Assembly: GCA_047618765.1 (NCBI GenBank)
Contig: JBLHLI010000002.1
Span: 1-33,905, forward strand
DNA length: 33,905 nt
Origin: Enterobacterales bacterium
Lineage (GTDB): Bacteria; Pseudomonadota; Gammaproteobacteria; Enterobacterales; GCA-2746155
Direction: 5' to 3'
In this document: piece after piece, positions 18,117 to 27,029 of the stretch
Numbering within the stretch: the first letter of the stretch is position 1
Layout of the letters: each line of letters opens with the position of its first letter
Position numbers and translations under genes: made by a program
Notes under the pieces: generated by a model
What the model saw: only the letters and a program-made list of their open reading frames with translations
What the model was told of the DNA's origin: nothing
Database searches by the model: none

Positions 18117-19746
18117 CCTTATAGTTGCATAAAAAATGTATGGGAAGCCGACTTCAGCCTAAAAAAATAGGGCGTTTGTAAGTTTTTTGGCTCCATCGGT
18201 AATTAACCTCTGGTTAAGTTCAAGATTCGAACATTTTTTCAAAAAATATTAAATTTTCTATCTATAATTAAAGAAGTGGCTTGCTATTTTTATAGAAAGA
18301 ATTCACCACAAGAACAAAAAAAATAGCAAGCCACCACTATGAAGTCTAGCAAATATAGTATCAATCGTAAAACACACGCTGTCCAAAATCTGCGCTTTGA
18401 AGATCAAAAGCTCACCTCTTTTTCGGGGTTAACTGTTTTTCAAACACTCTTTGATCATTTGTCTCTTAAAAATTCGTTACACGCTTGTTTCAAACATCAG
18501 GTCGTAAGCCCAATATTTGGTGAGGCAACGATCGTACTCTTACTTGTTGTCCATTTATTATTGGGCTATTGAGAGCTGCGTCATCTGCGGTTTTATCAGG
18601 ATGATCCAATGGTAAAACGAGTCCTTGGCTTAACGAAACTGCCGGATGTCGCGACCATTAGCCGCAGCCTGTCAAGCATGGACGGTGAGAGCACCAGCAA
18701 CTTGCAGCGCTTTTGGGCAACATGGTATTCAATCGACTAAAAAAATTGTCTTTAGCTTGAGTGACTCTAGATTTTGATGGCTCAGTTTTAGGAACGGGAC
18801 GTTATGCTGAAGGAACAGCCGTGGGTTTCAATAAATTAAAGAAAGGGCCGGGAAGTTCTTACCACTTGTATTGTACCGTTGCTCAAACTGGACAGGTCTT
18901 AAATGTTTTGCATCGCTCAGGAAATGTTCACGATTATAATGGTGCACAAGATTTTATCGTAAGCTGTATAGAACAAGTAAGTTTAGCGCTACCGGGAGTG
19001 ATTGTTGAAGTGCGCATGGACAGTGCATTTTTTAGCGACGCCCTAATAAATACATTAGAAGACAACGCAGTGGAATATACGATTAGCGTTCCATTTGAGC
19101 GCATGTTGGTTTTGAAAGGCTGTGTCGAAAAACGCCGCAAGTGGCATTGTCTTGATGAAAAATGTGATTTTTTCGAAATGCGATGGAAGCCTAAGTCATG
19201 GAAAATAAAACGTCGGTTTATTGTTGTACGTCCAGCGACAAAAATACAACAAAAACAACCGATTCAACTTGATCTGTTCATCCCCTATGACTATCAGTGG
19301 GCGTTCAAAATTGTATTAACGAACAAGCAGCTCACTCCAGGAAAAGCGATTGCGTAACACAACGGTCGAGGTAGTCAGGAAAGTATTTTTGCCGAATTAA
19401 AGTCGTGTAACCAGATGGACTATATGACTACAAGAACCTGGGAGCGAAACAAGGTTTATATGCTGTTCTCAATACTTGCGCACAACGTATCAAGGGAACT
19501 CCAAATGATAAGCGCACTACCGGAGCGATCAACAGAAGAAAAACGTCCCGCTTTGTGGAAGTTTAAGAAATTAGGCACTCTGCGAAAGGAAATAATACAA
19601 CGAGCTGGCCGAATTATCCGGCCGCAAGGTAAATTAGTCTTATCTATGGCAACAAATGAAGCTGTAAAAGGTGAGATGTTGCATTATTTAGAAAAAATCC
19701 GTAGAGCGTCCTAGCCATAGCTCGTCTTTTTTATACAACGTTAGGG
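18117..19746 (+). mobile_element. IS1380-family-like insertion sequence (~1.63 kb), degenerate copy
   Basis: The terminal inverted repeats match at 16 of 20 positions (CCTTATAGTTGCATAAAAAA at 18117; reverse complement of the right end CCCTAACGTTGTATAAAAAA). The right boundary is fixed by comparison with the second copy at 33779. No matching target duplication is visible (GTTAA versus TTGAT). Confidence 0.8.
18339..19714 (+). pseudogene. DDE transposase (IS1380-like) inactivated by several in-frame stops and a frameshift
   Basis: N-terminus ..FEDQKLTSFSGLTVFQ.., LDFDGS, VRMDSAF and HNGRGSQESIFAELK motifs. There are in-frame TGA codons at 18570 and 18758, a TAA at 19355, and a frame change around 18700-18725. 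Confidence 0.75.
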
Positions 19747-20063
19747 TTGATATCGTCATACAGGGCTTTACCATTTTTTGCTCCTCGGTAACTGCTCCTT
19801 CGTTACTCTACTAAGTTGCATCCATACAACGATGCAAAACTGGCATGCATACCTTCCATAGTAATAACCCGGTATCCCGTCAGAGCCTGAAACCACTAGA
19901 TTTCGGATAAGAAAAAAAACGCTTTCCGAAATGATGAAGTCTTGTTTTTGTTTTCATGTCTCTTGCTCACCATACTCGCCATACCGGACTCGATCCGGTA
20001 CTGCTTGTCCACCATAAATATGGTTTATTACCAAGCTAGTATAAAGTTAACGGGGCAGCAGTG

Positions 20064-20116
20064 CGATGAAATACAAAAACCTTAAGGCTAGCTTAAGTTA
20101 TTAGCGTTAAGTTACT
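20064..20116 (+). repeat. 53-bp promoter-module repeat, copy 1
   Basis: cgatgaaatacaaaaaccttaaggctagcttaagttattagcgttaagttact, compared with 21051-21103 (7 mismatches in 53). Confidence 0.8.
20081..20113 (+). promoter_or_regulatory. PmrA-type box plus -10-like hexamer upstream of the PepSY gene
   Basis: CTTAAG-gctag-CTTAAG (20081-20097), 10 nt, TAAGTT (20108-20113). Confidence 0.45.
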
Positions 20117-20239
20117 ATTATTACGTTCTTAGTATTTTTAAAAATATTAATTATGTGAGCCAAGTTGCACTTAATTAATATTTAAAATGATACATTAAGT
20201 GCAAATTTAAATTTATAATCAACTAATAGGCCATTATGT

Positions 20240-20500
20240 ATGAAAACATTATCGACATTAATTTTGACTGCTTGTTTATTCAGCTCATTTGTTAGTGCTG
20301 AACCCATAAGCGAAGATGAGGTTATTCAAAAAGCAATAAGCTATTACCCTGGAGAAGTTTTAGATATTTATCAAGAAACTAAGGAGGGTGTGGAAGTTTG
20401 GCGGGTAACTATTGAAAATGTGAAGGGTGAGGTTCGGGATTTTTATTACTCTATAGAAACTGGAGAGCTAGTTGATAGTGAAATAAAAGTTACTGGTTAA
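20240..20500 (+). CDS. Small secreted PepSY-domain protein
   Basis: 86 aa with a signal peptide (MKTLSTLILTACLFSSFVSA) followed by a PepSY-like ..AISYYPGEVLDIYQETKEGVEVWRVTI...YYSIETGELV. Confidence 0.7.
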   Translation: MKTLSTLILTACLFSSFVSAEPISEDEVIQKAISYYPGEVLDIYQETKEGVEVWRVTIENVKGEVRDFYYSIETGELVDSEIKVTG

Positions 20501-20530
20501 GTTGTAAAAAAATCTATTGTTAATTAAAAA

Positions 20531-20566
20531 ACTTTGGTGGGCTGATATTTTCCCTGCCAAAGTTTT
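20531..20566 (+). terminator. Possible terminator after the PepSY gene
   Basis: ACTTTGGtGGG...CCCtgCCAAAGT stem followed by TTT. The loop is long. Confidence 0.35.
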
Positions 20567-20607
20567 AGCGATTTAGCTGTTCTCAAGAGATATATAAAGG
20601 ATGTGGA

Positions 20608-20934
20608 TTAAACTGTATTACAAGACAAATGTCTCACCGTGTCCGTTACCCCAGATCCTTGGATCTTGAGGCGAGTTCATTGTCCTTGAATCACCCCTTT
20701 GGAGATTTTTACATTCAGGGCATGTAGTTTTGTTAATGCATGACCCTTTTCATTTACGTAAGGTTTCTGCAGTGTGAGGCTACGATTTGTGCCATTAATT
20801 GAATCCTCCAGATTTATCATTATTTTTGCATGATGGTATTTTCGTGCCAACTTTCGATACGCGGGTTTGATTTCTTCTTGCTTTGCGTCACGTTCAACAC
20901 CAAGAATTTTATAATAATATTTATATCCTATCCG
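20608..20934 (-). pseudogene. cbpA: Relic of a cbpA/dnaJ-type J-domain co-chaperone gene
   Basis: The minus-strand frame reads ..YYYKILGVERDAKQEEIKPAYRKLARKYH(HAK).. The J-domain has lost its HPD motif. Then comes ..LNVKISKGVIQGQ*TRLKIQGSG.., matching CbpA ..[21 protein letters not shown]... There is no start codon, plus internal deletions and a stop. Confidence 0.5.
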
Positions 20935-21011
20935 TTATTTCTCTGCCTTTTTCTCGATGATAACGAGCGATCATTTAATAAAACAAACAACACTGTTGTC
21001 ACAGAGGGGTG

Positions 21012-21044
21012 AAAGTATCATTTCTTTCTTAAATTACGCTTAAA
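21012..21044 (-). promoter_or_regulatory. PmrA-type box plus -10 upstream of the cbpA relic
   Basis: Minus strand: TTTAAG-cgtaa-TTTAAG, 10 nt, TACTTT (21017-21012). Confidence 0.45.
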
Positions 21045-21050
21045 GTTCAA

Positions 21051-21126
21051 CGATGAAATATAAAAACATTAAGGCTAGCTTAAGTTATTGGAGTTAAGCT
21101 ACTGGTATTAAGTTATTAGGTTTAAG
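21051..21126 (+). repeat. 53-bp promoter-module repeat, copy 2, extended by a phased array of TTAAG half-sites
   Basis: TTAAG starts at 21069, 21080, 21094, 21108 and 21122, giving spacings of 11, 14, 14 and 14 nt. Confidence 0.75.
21068..21100 (+). promoter_or_regulatory. PmrA-type box plus -10-like hexamer upstream of acnA
   Basis: ATTAAG-gctag-CTTAAG (21068-21084), 10 nt, TAAGCT (21095-21100). A separate consensus TTGACA at 21132-21137 with CATAAT at 21157-21162 (19-nt spacer) is an alternative promoter. Confidence 0.45.
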
Positions 21127-21199
21127 TTAATTTGACAATAACAACGAAAATAAGACCATAATTTTTACTGGAAAATAATTCATTAAGGGCCGATTATCT

Positions 21200-23914
21200 A
21201 TGGATAACAATACATTAAGTTCTCTACATGTAGGTGGTAAAAAGTACTCTATTTTTCAGCTCAATAGATCGCCTTTATTGAAAAACAGTAAAACCTTACC
21301 TTTTTGTTTGAAAATTTTACTCGAAAATCTTTTGCGGCATGAAAAAGCTGGGCATGTTTCATCAGCAATGATTCAAGCCTTGTGTCAATGGTCGCCAGGG
21401 GAGGTTAGCGCAAAGGACATAGCTTTTACGCCTGCACGTGTTGTGTTGCAGGATTTCACTGGTGTGCCTGCCATTGTTGATTTAGCTGCAATGCGTGATG
21501 CCATGGTACAGCTAGGCGGTAATCCTGATCTGATCAACCCATTAGTCCCTGTGGATTTGGTGGTGGATCATTCTGTGATGGTGGATTACTACGGCACAAA
21601 CGATGCTATTGAAAAGAATATTGGGCGGGAGTTTTCCCGTAATCGGGAACGTTATGCTTTTTTACGCTGGGGGCAACAGGCATTCCGTCATTTTCGTGTG
21701 GTACCGCCCGGTACCGGTATTGTTCATCAGGTTAACCTTGAATACTTGGCGCAAGTGGTTACTACAGCGACGGTTGATGGGAAAGTAATGGCCTATCCCG
21801 ATACCTTAGTAGGTACCGATAGTCACACGACAATGATTAATGGTTTGGGTGTGTTGGGTTGGGGGGTTGGCGGTATTGAAGCAGAAGCCGCTATGCTAGG
21901 GCAGCCGATGACAATGTTAATACCTAAAGTAGTGGGGGTTGAATTAACGGGTCGTCTTTCTGAGGGTACTACGGCCACAGACTTAGTGCTCACCATCACA
22001 GAGTTATTACGGCAGCATGGCGTTGTGGGTAAATTTGTGGAATTTTGGGGTGAGGGTCTACACGGTCTCCATTTGGCTGACAGAGCGACTATTGCCAATA
22101 TGGCACCGGAGTATGGCGCGACTATCGGTATTTTCCCCATTGATCACGAAACACTGAATTACCTGAGGCTCACGGGACGCAGTGAAGAGCAAATAACGCT
22201 AGTAGAGGCTTACGCAAAGGTTCAGGGCTTATGGCGGGATGATCTTAACCCCGCAGTTTATGATGAATATTTACGTGTTAGCTTAGCAGAGATCGAACCT
22301 AGTGTAGCGGGGCCTAAACGCCCCCAAGACCGTGTGCCATTAGCATTAGTTAAACAAAGCTTTCAAACAATGATGGGGGATGAAAGCCTTAAAGCTAATA
22401 TTCCTGTTATCAATCACGATTCAAATTCTCTTCAAGAAGACACGCCAGTTTTTTCACCTTCATCACCATTGGATAAACATACCTTGGTCCACGGTGATAT
22501 TGTGATTGCCGCCATCACTTCCTGTACCAATACCTCCAACCCTGCCGTTATGCTGGCAGCGGGTCTGGTGGCGAAAAAAGCCTGCCAACTCGGATTATTA
22601 TCAAAGCCTTGGGTCAAAACCTCTCTTGCGCCCGGCTCACAAGTTGTGCCTGCTTATTTAAAACAAGCGGGTTTAACCGAATACCTGAATACCTTGGGGT
22701 TTAATCTGGTGGGGTTTGGCTGTACCACGTGTATTGGTAACTCGGGTCCTTTACACGCCGATATCCAACAGGCTATTCATCAAGACGATTTAACGGTTGC
22801 CTCAGTGTTATCGGGTAATCGTAACTTTGAAGGGCGTATTCACCCTGAAGTTAAAGCCAATTATCTTGCATCGCCGCCTTTGGTCGTTGCTTACGCTCTT
22901 GCGGGAACCGTCAATATCGATTTGACTCAAGATGCACTCGGCCATGATCCACAAGGTAATCCTGTATTGTTAAAAGATATTTGGCCATCACAAGAAGAGG
23001 TCAATAGTCTCATCGATCAAGTTATTAAAGCAGATTTATTTACACGCTATTATGCCGATGTATTTAAAGGATCGACACACTGGCAGCAATTAAGCGTTGC
23101 CAACGACAAAAATTACACTTGGCCAGCGTCAAGCTATATTAAAAAACCGACTTTTTTTAATGGCATGGCCACATTACCAAGTGAACAAAAACGTATTATC
23201 AAGGCCCGGTGTCTGGTTAAAGTAGGCAACTCGATTACCACCGACCATATATCGCCGGCAGGTAGTATTCATCCACAGAGTCCGGCAGGAATCTATTTGC
23301 AACAACAGGGCGTTACGGTTAATAATTTTAATAGTCTAGGTTCTCGGCGTGGTAATCATGAAGTGATGATGCGCGGTACGTTTGCGAACCCGCGTTTGGA
23401 AAATTCACTGGCCTTAACAAAAGAGCCGAATAAAGTGGGCGGCTATACTTGTTATTTTCCTGACAATAGCGTGATGCCTATTTACGATGCGGCCATTCAG
23501 TATGCCAAGGCTAAAACTGCTCTGATCATTTTGGCAGGGAAGGAATACGGAACCGGTTCTAGTCGTGATTGGGCCGCAAAAGGCACTCAATTATTGGGCG
23601 TAAAAGCCGTGATCGCAGAAAGTTTTGAGCGTATTCATCGTTCGAACCTGGTGGGTTTCGGTGTATTGCCCCTTGTATTTATGGCGGGAGAAAATGCCGA
23701 TTCTTTGGGGTTAACCGGCGAAGAGGTGTTTGATTTTGAAAAAGCCATTACTCGTCATGATAAAACCATAAAGGTAACTGCAACGATTAAAGGGCGACCT
23801 CAAAAAATAATTAATGCAACGAATAGGATTGATACAGAAAGTGAGTGGGATTATTATCTTAACGGTAGTATTTTACATACAGTTTTGAGGAAGTTGGCTA
23901 ATGGAAAACAATAA
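21200..23914 (+). CDS. acnA: Aconitate hydratase A
   Basis: 904-aa monomeric AcnA/IRP-type aconitase with Fe-S cluster ligand motifs [10 protein letters not shown] and [10 protein letters not shown]. Confidence 0.92.
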   Translation: MDNNTLSSLHVGGKKYSIFQLNRSPLLKNSKTLPFCLKILLENLLRHEKAGHVSSAMIQALCQWSPGEVSAKDIAFTPARVVLQDFTGVPAIVDLAAMRDAMVQLGGNPDLINPLVPVDLVVDHSVMVDYYGTNDAIEKNIGREFSRNRERYAFLRWGQQAFRHFRVVPPGTGIVHQVNLEYLAQVVTTATVDGKVMAYPDTLVGTDSHTTMINGLGVLGWGVGGIEAEAAMLGQPMTMLIPKVVGVELTGRLSEGTTATDLVLTITELLRQHGVVGKFVEFWGEGLHGLHLADRATIANMAPEYGATIGIFPIDHETLNYLRLTGRSEEQITLVEAYAKVQGLWRDDLNPAVYDEYLRVSLAEIEPSVAGPKRPQDRVPLALVKQSFQTMMGDESLKANIPVINHDSNSLQEDTPVFSPSSPLDKHTLVHGDIVIAAITSCTNTSNPAVMLAAGLVAKKACQLGLLSKPWVKTSLAPGSQVVPAYLKQAGLTEYLNTLGFNLVGFGCTTCIGNSGPLHADIQQAIHQDDLTVASVLSGNRNFEGRIHPEVKANYLASPPLVVAYALAGTVNIDLTQDALGHDPQGNPVLLKDIWPSQEEVNSLIDQVIKADLFTRYYADVFKGSTHWQQLSVANDKNYTWPASSYIKKPTFFNGMATLPSEQKRIIKARCLVKVGNSITTDHISPAGSIHPQSPAGIYLQQQGVTVNNFNSLGSRRGNHEVMMRGTFANPRLENSLALTKEPNKVGGYTCYFPDNSVMPIYDAAIQYAKAKTALIILAGKEYGTGSSRDWAAKGTQLLGVKAVIAESFERIHRSNLVGFGVLPLVFMAGENADSLGLTGEEVFDFEKAITRHDKTIKVTATIKGRPQKIINATNRIDTESEWDYYLNGSILHTVLRKLANGKQ

Positions 23915-23972
23915 TTCATTTCCACCTATGAATGATTTTAATTTTTTTTTTACAAAAAAGGAAGGAGTTAAC

Positions 23973-24446
23973 ATGTTAGAGAGAGAAATCGATATTGGTA
24001 TTAACAAGACACATCGTATTGCCGTTGCCAACGGCCTTAAGGCCTTATTGGCCGATACTTATACGCTTTATTTACAAACACATTATTTTCATTGGAACGT
24101 CACCGGGCCATTTTTTAGGGATCTACATTTATTATTTGAAGAGCAATATACCGAGATGGCATTAGCCGTTGACGAAATAGCAGAACGTATACGAACATTG
24201 GGTGTGTATGCCCCAGGGACTTATAAAGCCTTCACGGCATTAAGTAGTATAGCTGAAGTTGAAGACGTACCGAAGGCCAATGACATGGTCGTTGTACTGA
24301 TAAAAAACCATGAAAAGATGGTTAAAACCTGTCGTAAAGTATTTAAAATTGCAGAAAAGGCTGCTGACGAATCATCCATTACACTGATTTCAGATAGAAT
24401 GCGTGTACATGAAAGAGTGGTGTGGATGCTTAGATCACGTCAATAA
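23973..24446 (+). CDS. dps: Dps-family DNA-protecting ferritin-like protein
   Basis: ..[31 protein letters not shown].. motif. AGGAG at 23963-23967 precedes the ATG at 23973. The ORF-track start at 23901 overlaps acnA and is unlikely. Confidence 0.88.
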   Translation: MLEREIDIGINKTHRIAVANGLKALLADTYTLYLQTHYFHWNVTGPFFRDLHLLFEEQYTEMALAVDEIAERIRTLGVYAPGTYKAFTALSSIAEVEDVPKANDMVVVLIKNHEKMVKTCRKVFKIAEKAADESSITLISDRMRVHERVVWMLRSRQ

Positions 24447-25160
24447 TTCTGGATGTTTTTTAGCGATTGTTGTGATAAATAGTGTGCTATATCACCAAGC
24501 AAATAATTGATTATAAGAGTATATATTCGTGTAAAATTCACGTAAACAACTATAACTTCGCTGAAGTTATAGTTTCGATGAGCGTTACTGTGGAGTCGAC
24601 GCAACGTTTAACCGCATAGCGTAAATCTAGGGGGCTTGCCCCCGAGCTGGATAGCTAATATAAAAGCACTTACGCCGGCTAAAACAGAATTTGAAAGTAA
24701 AGCCATAAGTACATTAATGCCAACATTACCCCACAAAATTGTCGTTAATAAAAAATTGGCGTCTTGGCGTCTTGGCGCATGGCTAATACTTTCCGAGCTG
24801 CAGGGCTGTGTTCACCGGCAACCTCGAGTTCTAAACGGTTGACACTAAAAAAAGCCAAATTAAGCCCTGAAAACATGGCTGATTGAGTATACAAAAACCT
24901 ATAGCTATCCAAGTGATCCTCATAAAAATATTACTTTAAGGTTGTCATGGGATTTTCAAACAGCAACCCTAATAAGTGAGATGTTGACGTAAAGACCATT
25001 TATTATAATGTAAGCTGAATAATGCCCCCACCTTAAGCGGAAAAATCATACAAGCAGAAAACTTTCTAAAAAACTAGCTGTGAAATTAACGTACTAATCG
25101 AGAGTTATTATATTGTTTATAGTGAACACTTTCCTGTAACCATCAGCGCATTCACTAACA

Positions 25161-25294
25161 TACTACCGGGTCACTTGAAAAGAAGACACTCCATTTCAGT
25201 TGCGCTGTGAATATGTCCCTATTCACTCAGCTTCGGCATCCATGCCTCAGATGGCCTGAAACGGAGTGTATTCTTTTTAAGCACCCTGCTAGTA
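25161..25294 (-). mobile_element. MITE copy B (inverted relative to copy A)
   Basis: The reverse complement aligns end to end with 774-907. It has the same TA-flanked termini. Confidence 0.75.
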
Positions 25295-25382
25295 AGTTCA
25301 TCAATTTATTCAATCACATGAAAAAATCATTTATCAAAAATAAGCCATGTACCAATTTATGTATAGATCTTACAAAAAGGAA

Positions 25383-25415
25383 CTTAAATTAACATTAAGG
25401 CTTTATTTTTATCAT
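25383..25415 (+). promoter_or_regulatory. PmrA-type box plus -10, distal htpX promoter
   Basis: CTTAAA-ttaac-ATTAAG (25383-25399), 10 nt, TATCAT (25410-25415). Confidence 0.45.
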
Positions 25416-25447
25416 TTAAGCTGAATTTAAGTTTCCACCTTTATGAT
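25415..25447 (+). promoter_or_regulatory. PmrA-type box plus -10, proximal htpX promoter
   Basis: TTTAAG-ctgaa-TTTAAG (25415-25431), 10 nt, TATGAT (25442-25447). Confidence 0.55.
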
Positions 25448-25605
25448 ACCTTTATCGTAATAGAGTATAAAAACTCGTCTTTACATGATTTAGGAGCATC
25501 ACAGGCGGAGAATCACCGAAAGGAGAGAAACTTTAGTCATCAAGCATCACATAGATAATGATTAACAATCATTAGAAACTACGACATCTTATCTCAGGCA
25601 GCGCC

Positions 25606-26484
25606 ATGAAACGAGTCTTTCTTTTTTTAGCCACCAATTTTGCCATTGTACTTGTGCTATCACTTAGCATGCGCGTGCTTGGGGTGGAGCCATATCTACA
25701 AGCTAATGGCCTTAACTTAAATGCCTTGCTAATTTTTGCGGCTGTGATCGGTTTTGGTGGTTCGTTAATTTCTCTTGCGCTCTCTAAATGGATGGCCAAG
25801 ATGTCAGTGGGCGCGCAAGTGATATCAAAGCCTAAGAATAATCAAGAGCAATGGCTCGTCGCCACTATCGTGCAGCAGGCCCGATCGGCCGGTATTGGTA
25901 CACCAGAAGTCGCCATCTGGGAATCGCCAGAAATTAACGCATTTGCAACGGGGATGAATAAAAACAACGCGCTAGTTGCTGTATCAACAGGCTTGCTTAC
26001 CTCTATGACGCGAGAAGAAGCGGAGGCCGTACTGGCCCATGAAATTTCGCATATTGCCAATGGTGATATGGTGACCTTGGCGCTGATTCAAGGCGTGGTA
26101 AACACCTTTGTTTTATTTTTGTCTCGCGTCATTGGCCAAACGGTAGATAGGGTCGTGTTTCGGAATGAAAATGGCCATGGGCCAGCGTTTTGGGTGACGG
26201 TCATTGTTGCAGAAATTGTACTGGGGATATTGGCATCCATCATCGTTATGTGGTTTTCTCGACAAAGGGAATTTAGAGCCGATGCAGGCGGTGCGCGATT
26301 AACCTCGTCTAGTGCCATGATCAGTGCATTGGAGCGTCTACGTCGTGGACACGTGGCTTCGTTACCCGATAAGCTCGCCGCCTTTGGCATCAGCGGGCAT
26401 CGGAAAAATGGATTGCGGCGATTATTTATGACCCATCCACCATTAGAAGAACGCATTGACGCTTTGCGCAATCACATAAGGTAG
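25606..26484 (+). CDS. htpX: Membrane zinc metalloprotease HtpX (M48 family)
   Basis: 292 aa with TM helices and the [11 protein letters not shown] HExxH motif. The C-terminus ..THPPLEERI.. is typical of HtpX. Confidence 0.9.
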   Translation: MKRVFLFLATNFAIVLVLSLSMRVLGVEPYLQANGLNLNALLIFAAVIGFGGSLISLALSKWMAKMSVGAQVISKPKNNQEQWLVATIVQQARSAGIGTPEVAIWESPEINAFATGMNKNNALVAVSTGLLTSMTREEAEAVLAHEISHIANGDMVTLALIQGVVNTFVLFLSRVIGQTVDRVVFRNENGHGPAFWVTVIVAEIVLGILASIIVMWFSRQREFRADAGGARLTSSSAMISALERLRRGHVASLPDKLAAFGISGHRKNGLRRLFMTHPPLEERIDALRNHIR

Positions 26485-26511
26485 AGAGTTGGATAGCGGC
26501 ATAGTAACACC

Positions 26512-26838
26512 GTGAGTACAGGCGCTCACCAACAAGCATTATTCCCGGCTAAAAATATTGAGTCCTATCTCATACAACAGCCTCTGGAATCTTTTACCTA
26601 TAAAGATAAAGGTTCTCTAATATCACTGAGTCAAGATGACTCTATTGGTACATTAATGGGACGACTGATGGGACGACTGATGGGTAACATTACACGGCAT
26701 GGCTTTATTGCAAAAATGCTTGACAGGGCACACTATCGAAGCCATCAGTTATCGATTGACGGTTTTTATAAAACAATAGTATTAATGCTAAGTGATTTTC
26801 TGGGACGTTCGACAGGGGATAAAACCAAGTTGCATTAA
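26512..26838 (+). pseudogene. ndh: C-terminal fragment of a type II NADH dehydrogenase (ndh)
   Basis: ..FTYKDKGSLISL...GTLMGRLMG...AKMLDRAHYRSHQL..DGFYK...KTKLH* matches the NDH-2 C-terminus. No Rossmann-fold N-terminal part exists, because htpX ends 27 nt upstream. It has a GTG start and an internal 12-bp tandem duplication at 26656-26679. Confidence 0.5.
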
Positions 26839-26938
26839 ATCCAGATTATGCATTGGAATCACGAAAGCAGAAGTTGGCCACTTATCGTCATTAGAGAATA
26901 TGGTATCGATGCAGCAGCGGAGAGTATTATCCAGCCAT

Positions 26939-26971
26939 CTTAAGCTTTGTTTAAGGGTCGATATTTATAAT
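26939..26971 (+). promoter_or_regulatory. PmrA-type box plus consensus -10 upstream of the psiE-like gene
   Basis: CTTAAG-ctttg-TTTAAG (26939-26955), 10 nt, TATAAT (26966-26971). Confidence 0.6.
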
Positions 26972-27029
26972 GCAAAGCGCAGGATTAAGAATGGATGGAT
27001 CTAGAGGGATTAATCAGGAATGAAAAAAC

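Noticed and set aside
20830-21012. 60-aa plus-strand ORF
   Set aside because: It is the antisense shadow of the cbpA relic. The J-domain reading on the minus strand explains the region better.
21069-21126. Regularly spaced TTAAG repeats as a possible CRISPR or iteron array
   Set aside because: The units are only 5 bp with 9-nt gaps, far too short for CRISPR. No replication or partition genes are nearby. They are better treated as promoter-associated half-sites.
24548-24574. The palindrome ATAACTTCG...CGAAGTTAT-like sequence resembles loxP arms
   Set aside because: The resemblance covers only ~9 nt. The spacer is 3 nt rather than 8, and no recombinase gene is adjacent. I report it only as a hairpin.
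24636-24842. 68-aa ORF, and the 61-aa ORF at 25207-25392
   Set aside because: The first starts at TTG inside a GC hairpin. The second is largely MITE sequence. Neither has an SD or recognisable motifs.
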